NCBI RefSeq assembly: GCF_009914755.1
Contig: NC_060940.1
Reading direction: 5' to 3' (one strand)
Origin: the human T2T-CHM13v2.0 reference genome, Homo sapiens
DNA: 64,000 nt
Shown here: positions 42,701 through 58,200 of the stretch, one piece after another
How positions within the stretch are numbered: position 1 is the first letter of the stretch
Layout: each line of letters opens with the position of its first letter
The notes under the pieces: generated by a model
Told to the model about the DNA's origin: nothing
Database searches by the model: none
Seen by the model: only the letters and a program-made list of their open reading frames with translations
Made by a program: the position numbers and the translations under genes

Positions 42701-45700
42701 GTATTCGATGATTCCATTCAAATCCATTCGATGATGATTCCATTCCAGTCCATTCGATCATTCCACTTGATTCCATTTGATGACTATTCCATTCAAATCC
42801 ATTTGATGATTCCATTCGATTCCATTCGATGTTACCATTCGAGTATATACGATGATTCCACTCGATTCCATTTGATGATTATTCCATTGGAGTCCACTTA
42901 GTGAATCCTTTAGATTCTACTGGAAGATGATTCCATTCGAGTCCATTCGATGATACCATTCAATTCCATTCGTTGATGCTTCCATTCAAGTGCATTCGAT
43001 GATATCATTCGATTCCATTTGATGATAATTCCATTTGATTCCATGCGATGATTCTATTCGATTCCATTCAATGATAATACCATTCAATTCAGTGATTCCT
43101 CTGGACTCCATTTGATGATGATTCCATTCAATGATTCCATTCGATTCTATTCGAAAATGATTCCATTTGAATCCATTTGATGATGATTCCATTGGATTCC
43201 ATTTGATGATTCCATTCGATTCCATTCGATGATGATTCCATTCGATTCCTTTTGATGATTCCATTCTATTGTATTCGATGATGATTCCATTCGATTCCAT
43301 TCGATGATGATTGGATTCGATTCCATTTGATTCCATTCGATAATGATTTCGATCAATTCCATTCGATGATTCCATTCGATTCCATTCGATAATGATTACA
43401 TCCGAGTCCATTCGATGATTCCATTTGAGCCCGTTCGATAATTCCATTTGAGTCCAATCAATGATTCCATTCATTTCCATTCAATGATTCCATTCGAGTC
43501 CATTTGATCATTCCGGTAGGGTCCGTTCGATGTTGATTCCATTGGAGTGCATTCGATGATTCCATTCGAGTCCATTTTAGGATTTGATTCGAGTCCTTTC
43601 GATGATTCCATTCGATTCCACTCGATGATTTCATTCGAGTCCATTCGACACTTCCAATCGATTCCATTTGATGATTCCATTCGAGTCCAATTGATGATTC
43701 CATTCAATTCCATTCGATGATGATTCCGTACGATTCCATTCTGTGATGATTCCATGTGATTGCATTCAATGATGATTCCTTTCGATTGCATTCGATTATG
43801 ATTCATTTCGTGTTCATTCTATGGTTCCACAGGTTTCCATTCGATGATGTTTCCATTCGTGTCCATTCCATTATTCCATTCTATTCCATTTGAAGATGAT
43901 TCCATTCGATTCCATTCATTGGTGATTCCACTCAATTCCATTCAATGATTCCATTCCATTTCTTTCAACAATGATTCCATTAGTTTCTATTCGATGATCC
44001 ACTTGATTCCATTTGACGATGATTCCATTCGTGTCCATTCGATGATTCCATTTGATTCCATATGATGATGATTCCATTCGATTCCATACGATGATGATTC
44101 CATTCGAGTCCATTCAATGGTGATTCCATTCAATTCCATTCGATGATTCCTTTCGATTCCATTCAATGATGATGGCATTCGATTCCTTTCGATCATTCCC
44201 TTTGATTCCATTCAAAGGTGATTTCATTCAAGTCCATTCGATAATTGCATTCGATTCCATTCTATGATGATTCCATTCGAGTCCATTTGATGATTCCATT
44301 CAATTCAAGTCAATGATGATTCCATTCGATTCCACTCGATGATTCCATTGGATTCCATTCGATGATGATTCCATTCAAATCCATTCGATAATTCAATTCA
44401 AGTCCATTCGATGATGATTCCAATCGAATCCATTCAAAGATTCCACTCAATTCCATTCGATGATGATTCCCTTAGATTCCATTCGATGATTCCACTTGAT
44501 TCCATTTACGATGATTCCATTCGATTCCATGTGATGATTCCATTCAATTCTATTCAATGATGTTTCCACTTGATTCCATTCGAACATGATTGCCTTTGAT
44601 TCCATTCAATGATTCCATACGGTTCCATTTGATGATGATTCCATTGGAGTGCATTAGATGATTCCATCCGAGTCCATTTGATGATTCCATTCGATTCCAT
44701 TCGATGTTGATTCTGTTCAAATCCATTCGATGATTCCACTCGATTCCATTCGATGACTCCATTTGATCCCATTCGATGATTTCCTTTGATTCCCTTTGAT
44801 GATCATTCCATTTGATTCAATTCGGTGATTTCATTTGATTCCATTCAGTGATGTTTCCATTCAACTCCTTTCGATGATGATTCCATTCGACTCCATTCGA
44901 TTATGACTTCATTCAATTCCATTCGATAATGATTCCCTTCAAGTCCATTCGATGATTCCATTCGATTCCATTCAACGATGATTTGATTCGTGTCCATTCG
45001 ATGATTCCATTTGATTCCATTTGATGATGATTCCATTCGAGTCCCTTTGATGATTCCATTCAATTCCATTCTCCGATGATTTCTTTTGAGCCCATTCAAT
45101 GCTTCCACTCGATTCCATATGATGATGACTCCATTTGATGAAATTCCATGATGATTCCATTCGCTTGCATTCGATGATGATTCCACTTGAGTCCGTTAGA
45201 AGATTCTATTCAATTACATTCCATGACGATTCTGTTCGAGTCCATTTGATGATTCCATTAGACTCCATTCGACGATGATTCCATTCGATGTTATTCGATG
45301 ATGATTCCATTCAACTCCATTCGATGTTTCCATTCGAGGTCATTCTATTATTCCATTAGATTCCATTCGATGATGATTCCATTCGATTCCATTTGATGAT
45401 TGCATTCTATTTCATTTGATGATGATTCCATTCGAGTCCATTCGATGATTCCATTCGAGTCTATTTAATGAATCCATTGGTTTCAATTCTATGATGATTA
45501 CATTGGATTCCATTCGTTGATGATTTCATTCGATTCCATTCAATGATGATTCCATTCAATTCCATTCAATGATTCCATTCAATTCCATACGATGATGATT
45601 CCATTTGATTTGATTCGACAGTGAGCCATTCGATTCAATTCCATGATGATTCTATTTTATTCAATTGGTTGACATTTCCATTCGATTCCATTCGATGATG

Positions 45701-46098
45701 ATTCCCTTTGATTCCATTCAAAGCTGATTCCATTCTAGCCCATTCAATCATTCCATTCGATTCTATTCAATGATGATTCCATTCATGTCGATTTGGTGAT
45801 TCCATTTGACTTCATTTGATGATGATTCTTGTCAAGTTCATTTGATGATTCCATTCGATTCCATTTGATGATGATCCCATTCGAGTCCATTTGATGATTC
45901 CACTCGTTTCCATTCCATGATGATTCCATTCCATTCCATTCAATGATTCCATTCGATTCCGTTTGATGATGATTTCATTCGAGTCGATTTGATGATTCCA
46001 TTTGATTCCATTCGATGATGATTACATTCGACTCCATACGATGATTCCACTCAATTCCATATGATGATGATTCCATTCGATTCCATTCGATGATTCCA
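39725..46098 (+). repeat. Third, more diverged copy of segment ~254-6640 / ~21692-28078
   Basis: Offset 18,033 from copy 2 (21769/39802, 24953/42986), changing to 18,020 after a 13 bp deletion near 43325. Confidence 0.87.
41020..42851 (+). repeat. X block, copy 3 (slightly diverged)
   Basis: Same strings at +18,033 from copy 2 with substitutions (GTCTTTTTATG versus GTCTATTTATG; TCTTGTCCAC versus TCGTGTCCAC). Confidence 0.85.
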
Positions 46099-49000
46099 CT
46101 TGATTCCATTTACGATGATTCCATTCTATTCCATGTGATGATTCCATTCAGTTCTATTCAATGCTGTTTCCATTTGATTCCATTCGACCATGATTGCCTT
46201 TGATTCCATTCAATGACTCCATTCGGTTCCTTTTGATGATGATTCCATTCGATTCCATTTCATTATTCCATTTGATTCCATTGGATGAGTCCATTCGATT
46301 ACATTCGATGATTATTCCATTCGAGTGCATTAGATGATTCCATTCGAGTCCATTCGATGATTCCATTCGATTCCATTCGATGTTGATTCTGTTCAAATCC
46401 ATTCGATGATTCCACTCGATTCCATTCGATGACTCCAGTTGATCCCATTCGATGATTTCCTTTGATTCCCTTTGATGATCATTCCATTTGATTCAATTCG
46501 GTGATTTCATTTGATTCCATTCAGTGATGTTTCCATTCGACTCCATTCGATGATGATTCCATTCGACTCCATTCGATTATGATTTCATTCAATTCCATTC
46601 GATAATGATTCCCTTCGAGTCCATTCGATGATTCCATTCGATTCCATTCAACGATGATTTGATTCGTGTCCATTCGATGATTCCATTTGATTCCACTTGA
46701 TGATGATTCCATTCGAGTCCATTTGATGATTCCATTCAATTCCATTCTCCGATGATTTCTTTTGAGCCCATTCAATGCTTCCACTCGATTCCATATGATG
46801 ATGACCCCATTCGATGAAATTCGATGATGATTCCCTTTGATTCCATTCAAAGATGATTCCATTCTAGCCCATTCAATCATTCCATTCGATTCTATTCAAT
46901 GATGATTCCATTCATGTCGATTTGGTGATTCCATTTGACTTCATTTGATGATGATTCCTTTCAAGTTCATTAGATGATTCCATTCGATTCCATTTGATGA
47001 TGATCCCATTGGAGTCCATTCAGTGATTCCATTCGTTTCCATTCCATGATGATTCCATTCCATTCCATTCAATGATTCCATTCGATTCCGTTTGATGATG
47101 ATTTCATTCGAGTCCATTTGATGATTCCATTGGATTCCATTCGATGATGATTCCATTCGAGTCCATTCGATGATTCTATTCGAATCCATTTGATGATTTC
47201 TTTTGATTATAGTTGGTGATGATTCCATTGGAGTCCATTCAATGATTCCATTCGATTCCAATCGATGGTGATTCCATTAGAGTCCATTTAACGATTCCAT
47301 TTGATTCCAGTCTCTGATGATTACATTCGAGTCCATACGATGATTCCACTCAATTCCATATGATGATGATTCCATTCTATTCCATTCGATGATTCCATTC
47401 TATTCTATTCAATGGTGATTCCATTCGAGTACATTAGATGATTCCATTCGATTCCATTCAATGATGATTCTATTTGTGTCCCTTAGATGGTTCCACATGA
47501 TTCCATTTCATGATGATACTATTTGAGCCCATCCAATGATTCCCTTCGATTCCATTCGATGAGGATTCCATTCGATTCAATTCATTGGTGATTCTATTCA
47601 ATTCAATTCTTTGATTCCATTCCATTCCATTCGACAATGATTCCATTCGATTTCTTTCGATGATTCCACTCGATTCCACTTGACATTGATTCCATTCGAT
47701 TCCATTCAATGATTCCGTTTGATTCCAGTGGATGATGATTGCCGTCGATTCCATTCGATCACTCCATTCTATTCCATTTGATGATGATTACATTCGATTC
47801 CATTTGATGATTCCATCTGATTCTATTCGAGGATTCCATTTGATTCCATTCGATGATGATTCCATTCGAGTGCATTCGATGATTTCATTCGAGTACATCC
47901 AATGATTCCATTCGAGTCCATTTGATGATTCCATTTGATTCCATTTGATTATGATTCTACTAGAGTCCATTCAATGACTCCATTCGAATCCATTCAACAA
48001 TTCCATTCGAGGCCATTCGATGATTCCATTTCATGATTCCATTCGAGTCCATTTAATCATTACAGTCGAGTCCATTTGGTGATTCCACTGGATTTCTTTT
48101 GATAATGATACCATTCAATTACATTTGATGATGATCCCATTCAATTTCATTTGATGGTGATTCCATTAGAGTCCATTTGATGATTTCATTCGAGTCCCTT
48201 CATTGATTCCATCCGATTTCATTGGATGATGACTCCATTCGAGTCCATTCGATGATTCCACTCGATTCCATTAAATGATTCCATTGGAGTCCATTTGATT
48301 GTTCCATTCGATTCCATTCGATTCCTTTCGAAGATTATTCCATTTGAGTCCATTCGATGATGATTCCATTCCATTCCATTCGATGATTCCGTTTGATTCC
48401 ATTCGATGATTCCCTTCGATTCCATTCTTTGATGATTCCATTCCATTCCATTCAATGATTCCATTCGAATCTATTCCATGATGATTCCTTTCGATTCCAT
48501 TCGCTGATGTTTCCGTTCAATTCCATTCGATGATGATTCCATTCGATTCCATTCATTGAGGATTCCATTTGATTCCATTCAATGATGATTCCATTCTATT
48601 CCATTCAATGATTGCATTCAATTCCATTCAATGATTATCCCATTAGAGTAAACTCAACGATTCCATTCAATACCATTCGATGATGATTCCTTTTGAGTCC
48701 ATTCAATGATTTCATTCAAGTCCATTTGATGATTCCTTTCAATTCCATTCTATGATGATTCCATTCGAGTCCATTCGATGATTCCATTCGATTGCATTCG
48801 ATGATTCCATTATATTCCATTCAACGATGATTCCATTCGAGTCCATTCGATGATTCCATTAGAGTACATTTAATGATTGCTTTGTTTTCAATTCGAAGAT
48901 GATTACATTCGATTCCATTCTATGATACCATTCGATTCCATTCAATGATGATTCCTCTCAAATCCATTGGATGATTCCATTCGTGTCCATTCGGTGATTT

Positions 49001-49290
49001 CATTAGATTCCATTCGAGGATGATTCCATTCGATTCCATTCGATGATTCCATTCAATTCCATTCGATGATGATTCCATTCCAGTCCATATGATCATTCCA
49101 TTTGATTTCATTCGATGATGATTCCATTCGATTCCATTCGATGATTCCATTCTATTCCATTCGATGATGATTCCATTCGAGTCCATTCGATGATTCCATT
49201 CGAGTCCATTTAATGATTCCATTGGGTTCAATTCAATGATGATTACATTGGATTCCGTTCTATGATTCCATTCAATTCCGTTCATTGACT

Positions 49291-52200
49291 ATTTGATTCC
49301 ATTCGATGATGATTCCATTTGAGTTCATTCGATGATTCTATTCGATTCTCTTCGATGGTGATTCAATTCTATTATATTGGATGATTCCATTCGATTCCAT
49401 TTGATGTTGATTTAATTCGATTCTATTCGATGATGATTCCATTGGATTTCACTTGATGATTCTATTCGATTCCATTCAATGATGATTCACTTCTCGTCCA
49501 TTGGATGATTCCATTTCATTCCATTCGATGATGATTCCATTCGATTCCATTCGATGATTCCATTTGATTCCATGCGTCGGTGAGCAATTCGATTCAATTC
49601 CATGATGATTCTATTTGATTCAATTAGATGATGTTTCCATTCGAATCCATTCCATGATTATTCCATTGGAATCCATTCGGTGATGATTCCATATGAGTCA
49701 ATTCAATGATGATTCCATATGGGTCCGTTCGATGATAATTCCATTTGATTTCATTCGGTACTTCTATTCAATTCCAGTCGATGATGATTCCGTTGGAGTC
49801 CATACGATGATTCCATTTGATTTCATTTGATGATGATTCCATTCGATGATGATTACATTGGATTCCATTCTATGATTCCATTCAATTCCATTCGTTGATG
49901 ATTCGATTCCATTCAATGATGATTCTATTTGAGTTCATTCGATGATTCTATTCGATTCCGTTCGATGGTGATTCAATTCTCTTATATTGGATGAATCCAC
50001 TCGATACCATTTGATGATTATTCCATTGGAGTCCACTTAGTGAATCCTTCAGATTCTACTCGAAGATGATTCCATTCAAGTCCATTCGATGATACCATTC
50101 AATTCCATTCGTTGATGCTTCCATTCAAGTGCATTCGATGATATCATTCGATTCCATTTGATGATAATTCCATTTGATTCCATGCGATGATTCTATTCGA
50201 TTCCATTCAATGATAATTCCATTCAGTTCAGTGATTCCTCTGGACTCCATTTGATGATGATTCCATTGAATGATTCCATTTGATTCTATTCGAAAATGAT
50301 TCCATTTGAATCCATTTGATGATGATTCCATTAGATTCCATTTGATGATTCCATTCGATTCCATGCGACGATGATTCCATTCGATTCCATTTGATGATTC
50401 CATTCTATTCTATTCGATGATGATTCCATTCGATTCCATTCGATGATGATTGGATTCGATTCCATTTGATGATTTCATTTGATTCCATTCGTTAATGATT
50501 TCGATCAATTCCATTCGATGATTCCATTCGATTCCATTCGATAATGATTACATCCGTGTCCATTCCATGATTCCATTTGAGCCTGTTCGATAATTCCATT
50601 TGTGTCCAACCAATGATTCCATTCATTTCCATTCAATGATTCCATTCGAGTCCATTTGATCATTCCGGTAGGGTCCATTCGATGTTGATTCCATTGGAGT
50701 GCATTCGATGATTCCATTCGAGTCCATTTTATGATTTGATTCGAGTCCTTTCGATGATTCCATTCGATTCCACTCGATGATGATTTCATTCGAGTCCATT
50801 CGACACTTCCAATCGATTCCATTTGATGTTTCCATTCGAGTCCAATTGATGATTCCATTCAATTCCATTCGATGATGATTCCGTACGATTCCATTCTGTG
50901 ATGATTCCCTGTGATTCCATTCAATGATGATTCCTTTAGATTGCATTCGATTGTGATTCATTTCGTCTTCATTCTATGGTTCCACAGGTTTCCATTCGTG
51001 TCCATTCCATTATTCCATTCTATTCCATTTGATGATGATTCCATTCGATTCCATTCATTGGTGATTCCACTCAATTCCATTCAATGATTCCATTCCATTT
51101 CTTTCAACAATGATTCCATTAGTTTCTAATCGATGATCCACTTGATTCCATTTGACGACGATTCCATTCTTGTCCATTCGATGATTCCATTTGATTCCAT
51201 ATGATGATGATTCCATTCGATTCCATACCATGATGATTCCATTCGAGTCCATTCAATGGTGATTCCATTCAATTCCATTCGATGATTCCTTTCGATTCCA
51301 TTCGATGATGATGGCATTCGATTCCTTTCAATCATTCCCTTTGATTCCATTCAAAGGTGATTTCATTCAAGTCCATTCGATAATTGCATTCGATTCCATT
51401 CTATGATGATTCCATTCGAGTCCATTTGATGATTCCATTCAATTCAAGTCAATGATGATTCCATTCGATTCCATTCGATGATTCCATTGGATTCCATTCG
51501 ATGATGATTCCATTCAAATCCATTCGATAATTCAATTCAAGTCCATTCGATGATAATTAAAATCGAATCCATTCAAAGATTCCATTCAGTTCCATTCGAT
51601 GATTCCCTTAGATTCCATTCGATGATTCCACTTGATTTCATTTACGATGATTCCATTCGATTCCACGTGATGATTCCATTCAATTCTATTCAATGCTGTT
51701 TCCATTTGATTCCATTCGACCATGATTGCCTTTGATTCCATTCAATGACTCCATTCGGTTCCTTTTGATGATGATTCCGTTCGATTCCATTTGATGATTC
51801 CATTTGATTCCATTGGATGAGTCCATTCGATTACATTCGATGATTATTCCATTCGAGTGCATTAGATGATTCCATTCGAGTCCATTCGATGATTCCATTC
51901 GATTCCATTCGATGTTGATTCTGTTCAAATCCATTCGATGATTCCACTCGATTCCATTCGATGACTCCAGTTGATCCCATTCGATGATTTCCTTTGATTC
52001 CCTTTGATGATCATTCCATTTGATTCAATTCGGTGATTTCATTTGATTCCATTCAGTGATGTTTCCATTCGACTCCATTCGATGATGATTCCATTCGACT
52101 CCATTCGATTATGATTTCATTCAATTCCATTCGATAATGATTCCCTTCGAGTCCATTCGATGATTCCATTCGATTCCATTCAACGATGATTTGATTCGTG

Positions 52201-55200
52201 TCCATTCGATGATTCCATTTGATTCCACTTGATGATGATTCCATTCGAGTCCATTTGATGATTCCATTCAATTCCATTCTCCGATGATTTCTTTTGAGCC
52301 CATTCAATGCTTCCACTCGATTCCATATGATGATGACTCCATTCGATGAAATTCGATGATGATTCCCTTTGATTCCATTCAAAGATGATTCCATTCTAGC
52401 CCATTCAATCATTCCATTCGATTCTATTCAATGATGATTCCATTCATGTCGATTTGGTGATTCCATTTGACTTCATTTGATGATGATTCCTTTCAAGTTC
52501 ATTAGATGATTCCATTCGATTCCATTTGATGATGATCCCATTCGAGTCCATTCAGTGATTCCACTCGTTTCCATTCCATGATGATTCCATTCCATTCCAT
52601 TCAATGATTCCATTCGATTCCGTTTGATGATGATTTCATTCGAGTCCATTTGATGATTCCATTTGATTCCATTCGATGATGATTCCATTCGAGTCCATTC
52701 GATGATTCTATTCGAATCCATTTGATGATTTCTTTTGATTATAGTTGGTGATGATTCCATTGGAGTCCATTCAATGATTCCATTCGATTCCAATCGATGG
52801 TGATTCCATTAGAGTCCATTTAATGATTCCATTTGATTCCAGTCTCTGATGATTACATTCGAGTCCATACGATGATTCCACTCAATTCCATATGATGATG
52901 ATTCCATTCGATTCCATTCGATGATTCCATTCTATTCTATTCAATGGTGATTCCATTCGAGTACATTAGATGATTCCATTCGATTCCATTCAATGATGAT
53001 TCTATTTGTGTCCCTTAGATGATTCCACATGATTCCATTAGATGATGATACTATTTGAGCCCATCCAATGATTCCCTTCGATTCCATTCGATGAGGATTC
53101 CATTCGATTCAATTCATTGGTGATTGTATTCAATTCAATTCTTTGATTCCATTCCATTCCATTCGACAATGATTCCATTCGATTTCTTTCGATGATTCCA
53201 CTCGATTCCACTTGACATTGATTCCCTTCGATTCCATTCAATGATTCCATTTGATTCCAGTGGATGATGATTGCCATAGATTCCATTCGATCACTCCATT
53301 CTATTCCATTTGATGATGATTACATTCGATTCCATTTGACGATTCCATCTGATTCTATTCGAGGATTCCATTTGATTCCATTCGATGATGATTCCATTCG
53401 AGTCCATTCGATGATTTCATTCGAGTACATCCAATGATTCCATTCGAGTCCATTTGATGATTCCATTTGATTCCATTTGATAATGATTCTACTAGAGTCC
53501 ATTCAATGACTCCATTGGAGTCCATTCAACAATTCCATTCGACTCCATTTGATGATTCCATTCGATTCCATTTGATGATTCCATTCGAGTCCATTTAATC
53601 ATTACAGTCGAGTCCATTTGGTGATTCCACCGGATTTCTTTTGATAATGATACCATTCAAATACATTTGATGATGATCCCATTCAATTTCATTTGATGAT
53701 GATTCCATTAGAGTCCATTCGATGATTTCATTCGAGTCCCTTCATTGATTCCATCCGATTTCATTGGATGATGACTCCATTCGAGTCCATTCGATGATTC
53801 CACTCGATTCCATTAGATGATTCCATTGGAGTCCATTTGATTGTTCCATTCGATTCCATTCAATTCCTTTCGAAGATTATTCCATTTGAGTCCATTCGAC
53901 GATGATTCCATTCCATTCCATTCGATGATTCCGTTTGATTCCATTCGATGATTCCCTTCGATTCCTTTCTTTGATGATTCCATTCCATTCCATTCAATGA
54001 TTCCATTCGAATCTATTCCATGATGATTCCTTTCGATTCCATTCGCTGATGTTTCCGTTCAATTCCATTCGATGATGATTCCATTCGATTCCATTCATTG
54101 AGGATTCCATTTGATTCCATTCAATGATGATTCCGTTCTATTCCATTCAATGATTGCATTCAATTCCATTCAATGATTATCCCCTTAGAGTAAACTCAAC
54201 GATTCCATTCAATACCATTCGATGATGATTCCTTTTGAGTCCATTCAATGATTTCATTCAAGTCCATTTGATGATTCCTTTCAATTCCATTCTATGATGA
54301 TTCCATTCGAGTCCATTCGATGATTCCATTCGATTGCATTCGATGATTCCATTATATTCCAGTCAACGATGATTCCATTCGAGTCCATTCGATGATTCCA
54401 TTAGAGTACATTTAATGATTGCTTTGTTTTCAATTCGAAGATGATTACATTGGATTCCATTCTATGATACCATTCGATTCCATTCAATGATGATTCCACT
54501 CAAATCCATTGGATGATTCCATTCGTGTCCATTCGGTGATTTCATTAGATTCCATTCGAGGATGATTCCATTCGATTCCATTCGATGATTCCATTCAATT
54601 CCATTCGATGATGATTCCATTCCAGTCCATATGATCATTCCATTTGATTTCATTCGATGATGATTCCATTCGATTCCATTCGATGATTCCATTCTATTCC
54701 ATTCGATGATGATTCCATTCGAGTCCATTCGATGATTCCATTCGAGTCCATTTAATGATTCCATTGGGTTCAATTCAATGATGATTACATTGGATTCCGT
54801 TCTATGATTCCATTCAATTCCGTTCATAGACAATTTGATTCCATTCGATGATGATTCCATTTGAGTTCATTCGATGATTCTATTCGATTCTCTTCGATGG
54901 TGATTCAATTCTATTATATTGGATGATTCCATTCGATTCCATTTGATGTTGATTCAATTCGATTCTATTCGATGATGATTCCATTGGATTTCACTTGATG
55001 ATTCTATTCGATTCCATTCAATGATGATTCACTTCTCGTCCATTGGATGATTCCATTTCATTCCATTCGATGATGATTCCATTCGATTCCATTCGATGAT
55101 TCCATTTGATTCCATGCGACGGTGAGCAATTCGATTCAATTCCATGATGATTCTATTTGATTCAATTAGATGATGTTTCCATTCGAATCCATTCCATGAT

Positions 55201-58200
55201 TATTCCATTGGAATCCATTTGGCGATGATTCCATATGAGTCAATTCAATGATGATTCCATATGGGTCCGTTCGATGATAATTCCATTTGATTTCATTCGA
55301 TGCTTCTATTCTATTCCAGTCGATGATGATTCCGTTGGAGTCCATACGATGATTCCATTTGATTTCATTTGATGATGATTCCATTCGATGATGATTACAT
55401 TGGATTCCATTCTATGATTCCATTCGATTCCATTCGTTGATGATTTGATTCCATTCGATGATGATTCCATTTGAGTTCATTCGATGATTCTATTCGATTC
55501 TCTTCGATGGTGATTCAATTCTATTATATTGGATGATTCCATTCGATTCCATTTGATGTTGATTTAATTCGATTCTATTCGATGATGATTCCATTGGATT
55601 TCACTTGATGATTCTATTCGATTCCATTCAATGATGATTCACTTCTCGTCCATTGGATGATTCCATTTCATTCCATTCGATGATGATTCCATTCGATTCC
55701 ATTCGATGATTCCATTTGATTCCATGCGTCGGTGAGCAATTCGATTCAATTCCATGATGATTCTATTTGATTCAATTAGATGATGTTTCCATTCGAATCC
55801 ATTCCATGATTATTCCATTGGAATCCATTCGGTGATGATTCCATATGAGTCAATTCAATGATGATTCCATATGGGTCCGTTCGATGATAATTCCATTTGA
55901 TTTCATTCGGTACTTCTATTCAATTCCAGTCGATGATGATTCCGTTGGAGTCCATACGATGATTCCATTTGATTTCATTTGATGATGATTCCATTCGATG
56001 ATGATTACATTGGATTCCATTCTATGATTCCATTCAATTCCATTCGTTGATGATTCGATTCCATTCAATGATGATTCTATTTGAGTTCATTCGATGATTC
56101 TATTCGATTCCGTTCGATGGTGATTCAATTCTCTTATATTGGATGAATCCACTCGATACCATTTGATGATTATTCCATTGGAGTCCACTTAGTGAATCCT
56201 TCAGATTCTACTCGAAGATGATTCCATTCAAGTCCATTCGATGATACCATTCAATTCCATTCGTTGATGCTTCCATTCAAGTGCATTCGATGATATCATT
56301 CGATTCCATTTGATGATAATTCCATTTGATTCCATGCGATGATTCTATTCGATTCCATTCAATGATAATTCCATTCAGTTCAGTGATTCCTCTGGACTCC
56401 ATTTGATGATGATTCCATTGAATGATTCCATTTGATTCTATTCGAAAATGATTCCATTTGAATCCATTTGATGATGATTCTATTAGATTCCATTTGATGA
56501 TTCCATTCGATTCCATGCGACGATGATTCCATTCGATTCCATTTGATGATTCCATTCTATTCTATTCGATGATGATTCCATTCGATTCCATTCGATGATG
56601 ATTGGATTCGATTCCATTTGATGATTTCATTTGATTCCATTCGTTAATGATTTCGATCAATTCCATTCGATGATTCCATTCGATTCCATTCGATAATGAT
56701 TACATCCGTGTCCATTCAATGATTCCATTTGAGCCTGTTCGATAATTCCATTTGTGTCCAACCAATGATTCCATTCATTTCCATTCAATGATTCCATTCG
56801 AGTCCATTTGATCATTCCGGTAGGGTCCATTCGATGTTGATTCCATTGGAGTGCATTCGATGATTCCATTCGAGTCCATTTTATGATTTGATTCGAGTCC
56901 TTTCGATGATTCCATTCGATTCCACTCGATGATGATTTCATTCGAGTCCATTCGACACTTCCAATCGATTCCATTTGATGTTTCCATTCGAGTCCAATTG
57001 ATGATTCCATTCAATTCCATTCAATGATGATTCCGTACGATTCCATTCTGTGATGATTCCCTGTGATTCCATTCAATGATGATTCCTTTAGATTGCATTC
57101 AATTGTGATTCATTTCGTCTTCATTCTATGGTTCCACAGGTTTCCATTCGTGTCCATTCCATTATTCCATTCTATTCCATTTGATGATGATTCCATTCGA
57201 TTCCATTCATTGGTGATTCCACTCAATTCCATTCAATGATTCCATTCCATTTCTTTCAACAATGATTCCATTAGTTTCTAATCGATGATCCACTTGATTC
57301 CATTTGACGACGATTCCATTCTTGTCCATTCGATGATTCCATTTGATTCCATATGATGATGATTCCATTCGATTCCATACCATGATGATTCCATTCGAGT
57401 CCATTCAATGGTGATTCCATTCAATTCCATTCGATGATTCCTTTCGATTCCATTCGATGATGATGGCATTCGATTCCTTTCAATCATTCCCTTTGATTCC
57501 ATTCAAAGGTGATTTCATTCAAGTCCATTCGATAATTGCATTCGATTCCATTCTATGATGATTCCATTCGAGTCCATTTGATGATTCCATTCAATTCAAG
57601 TCAATGATGATTCCATTCGATTCCATTCGATGATTCCATTGGATTCCATTCGATGATGATTCCATTCAAATCCATTCGATAATTCAATTCAAGTCCATTC
57701 GATGATGATTAAAATCGAATCCATTCAAAGATTCCATTCAGTTCCATTCGATGATTCCCTTAGATTCCATTCGATGATTCCACTTGATTTCATTTACGAT
57801 GATTCCATTCGATTCCACGTGATGATTCCATTCAATTCTATTCAATGCTGTTTCCATTTGATTCCATTCGACCATGATTGCCTTTGATTCCATTCAATGA
57901 CTCCATTCGGTTCCTTTTGATGATGATTCCGTTCGATTCCATTTGATGATTCCATTTGATTCCATTGGATGAGTCCATTCGATTACATTCGATGATTATT
58001 CCATTCGAGTGCATTAGATGATTCCATTCGAGTCCATTCGATGATTCCATTCGATTCCATTCGATGTTGATTCTGTTCAAATCCATTCGATGATTCCACT
58101 CGATTCCATTCGATGACTCCAGTTGATCCCATTCGATGATTTCCTTTGATTCCCTTTGATGATCATTCCATTTGATTCAATTCGGTGATTTCATTTGATT

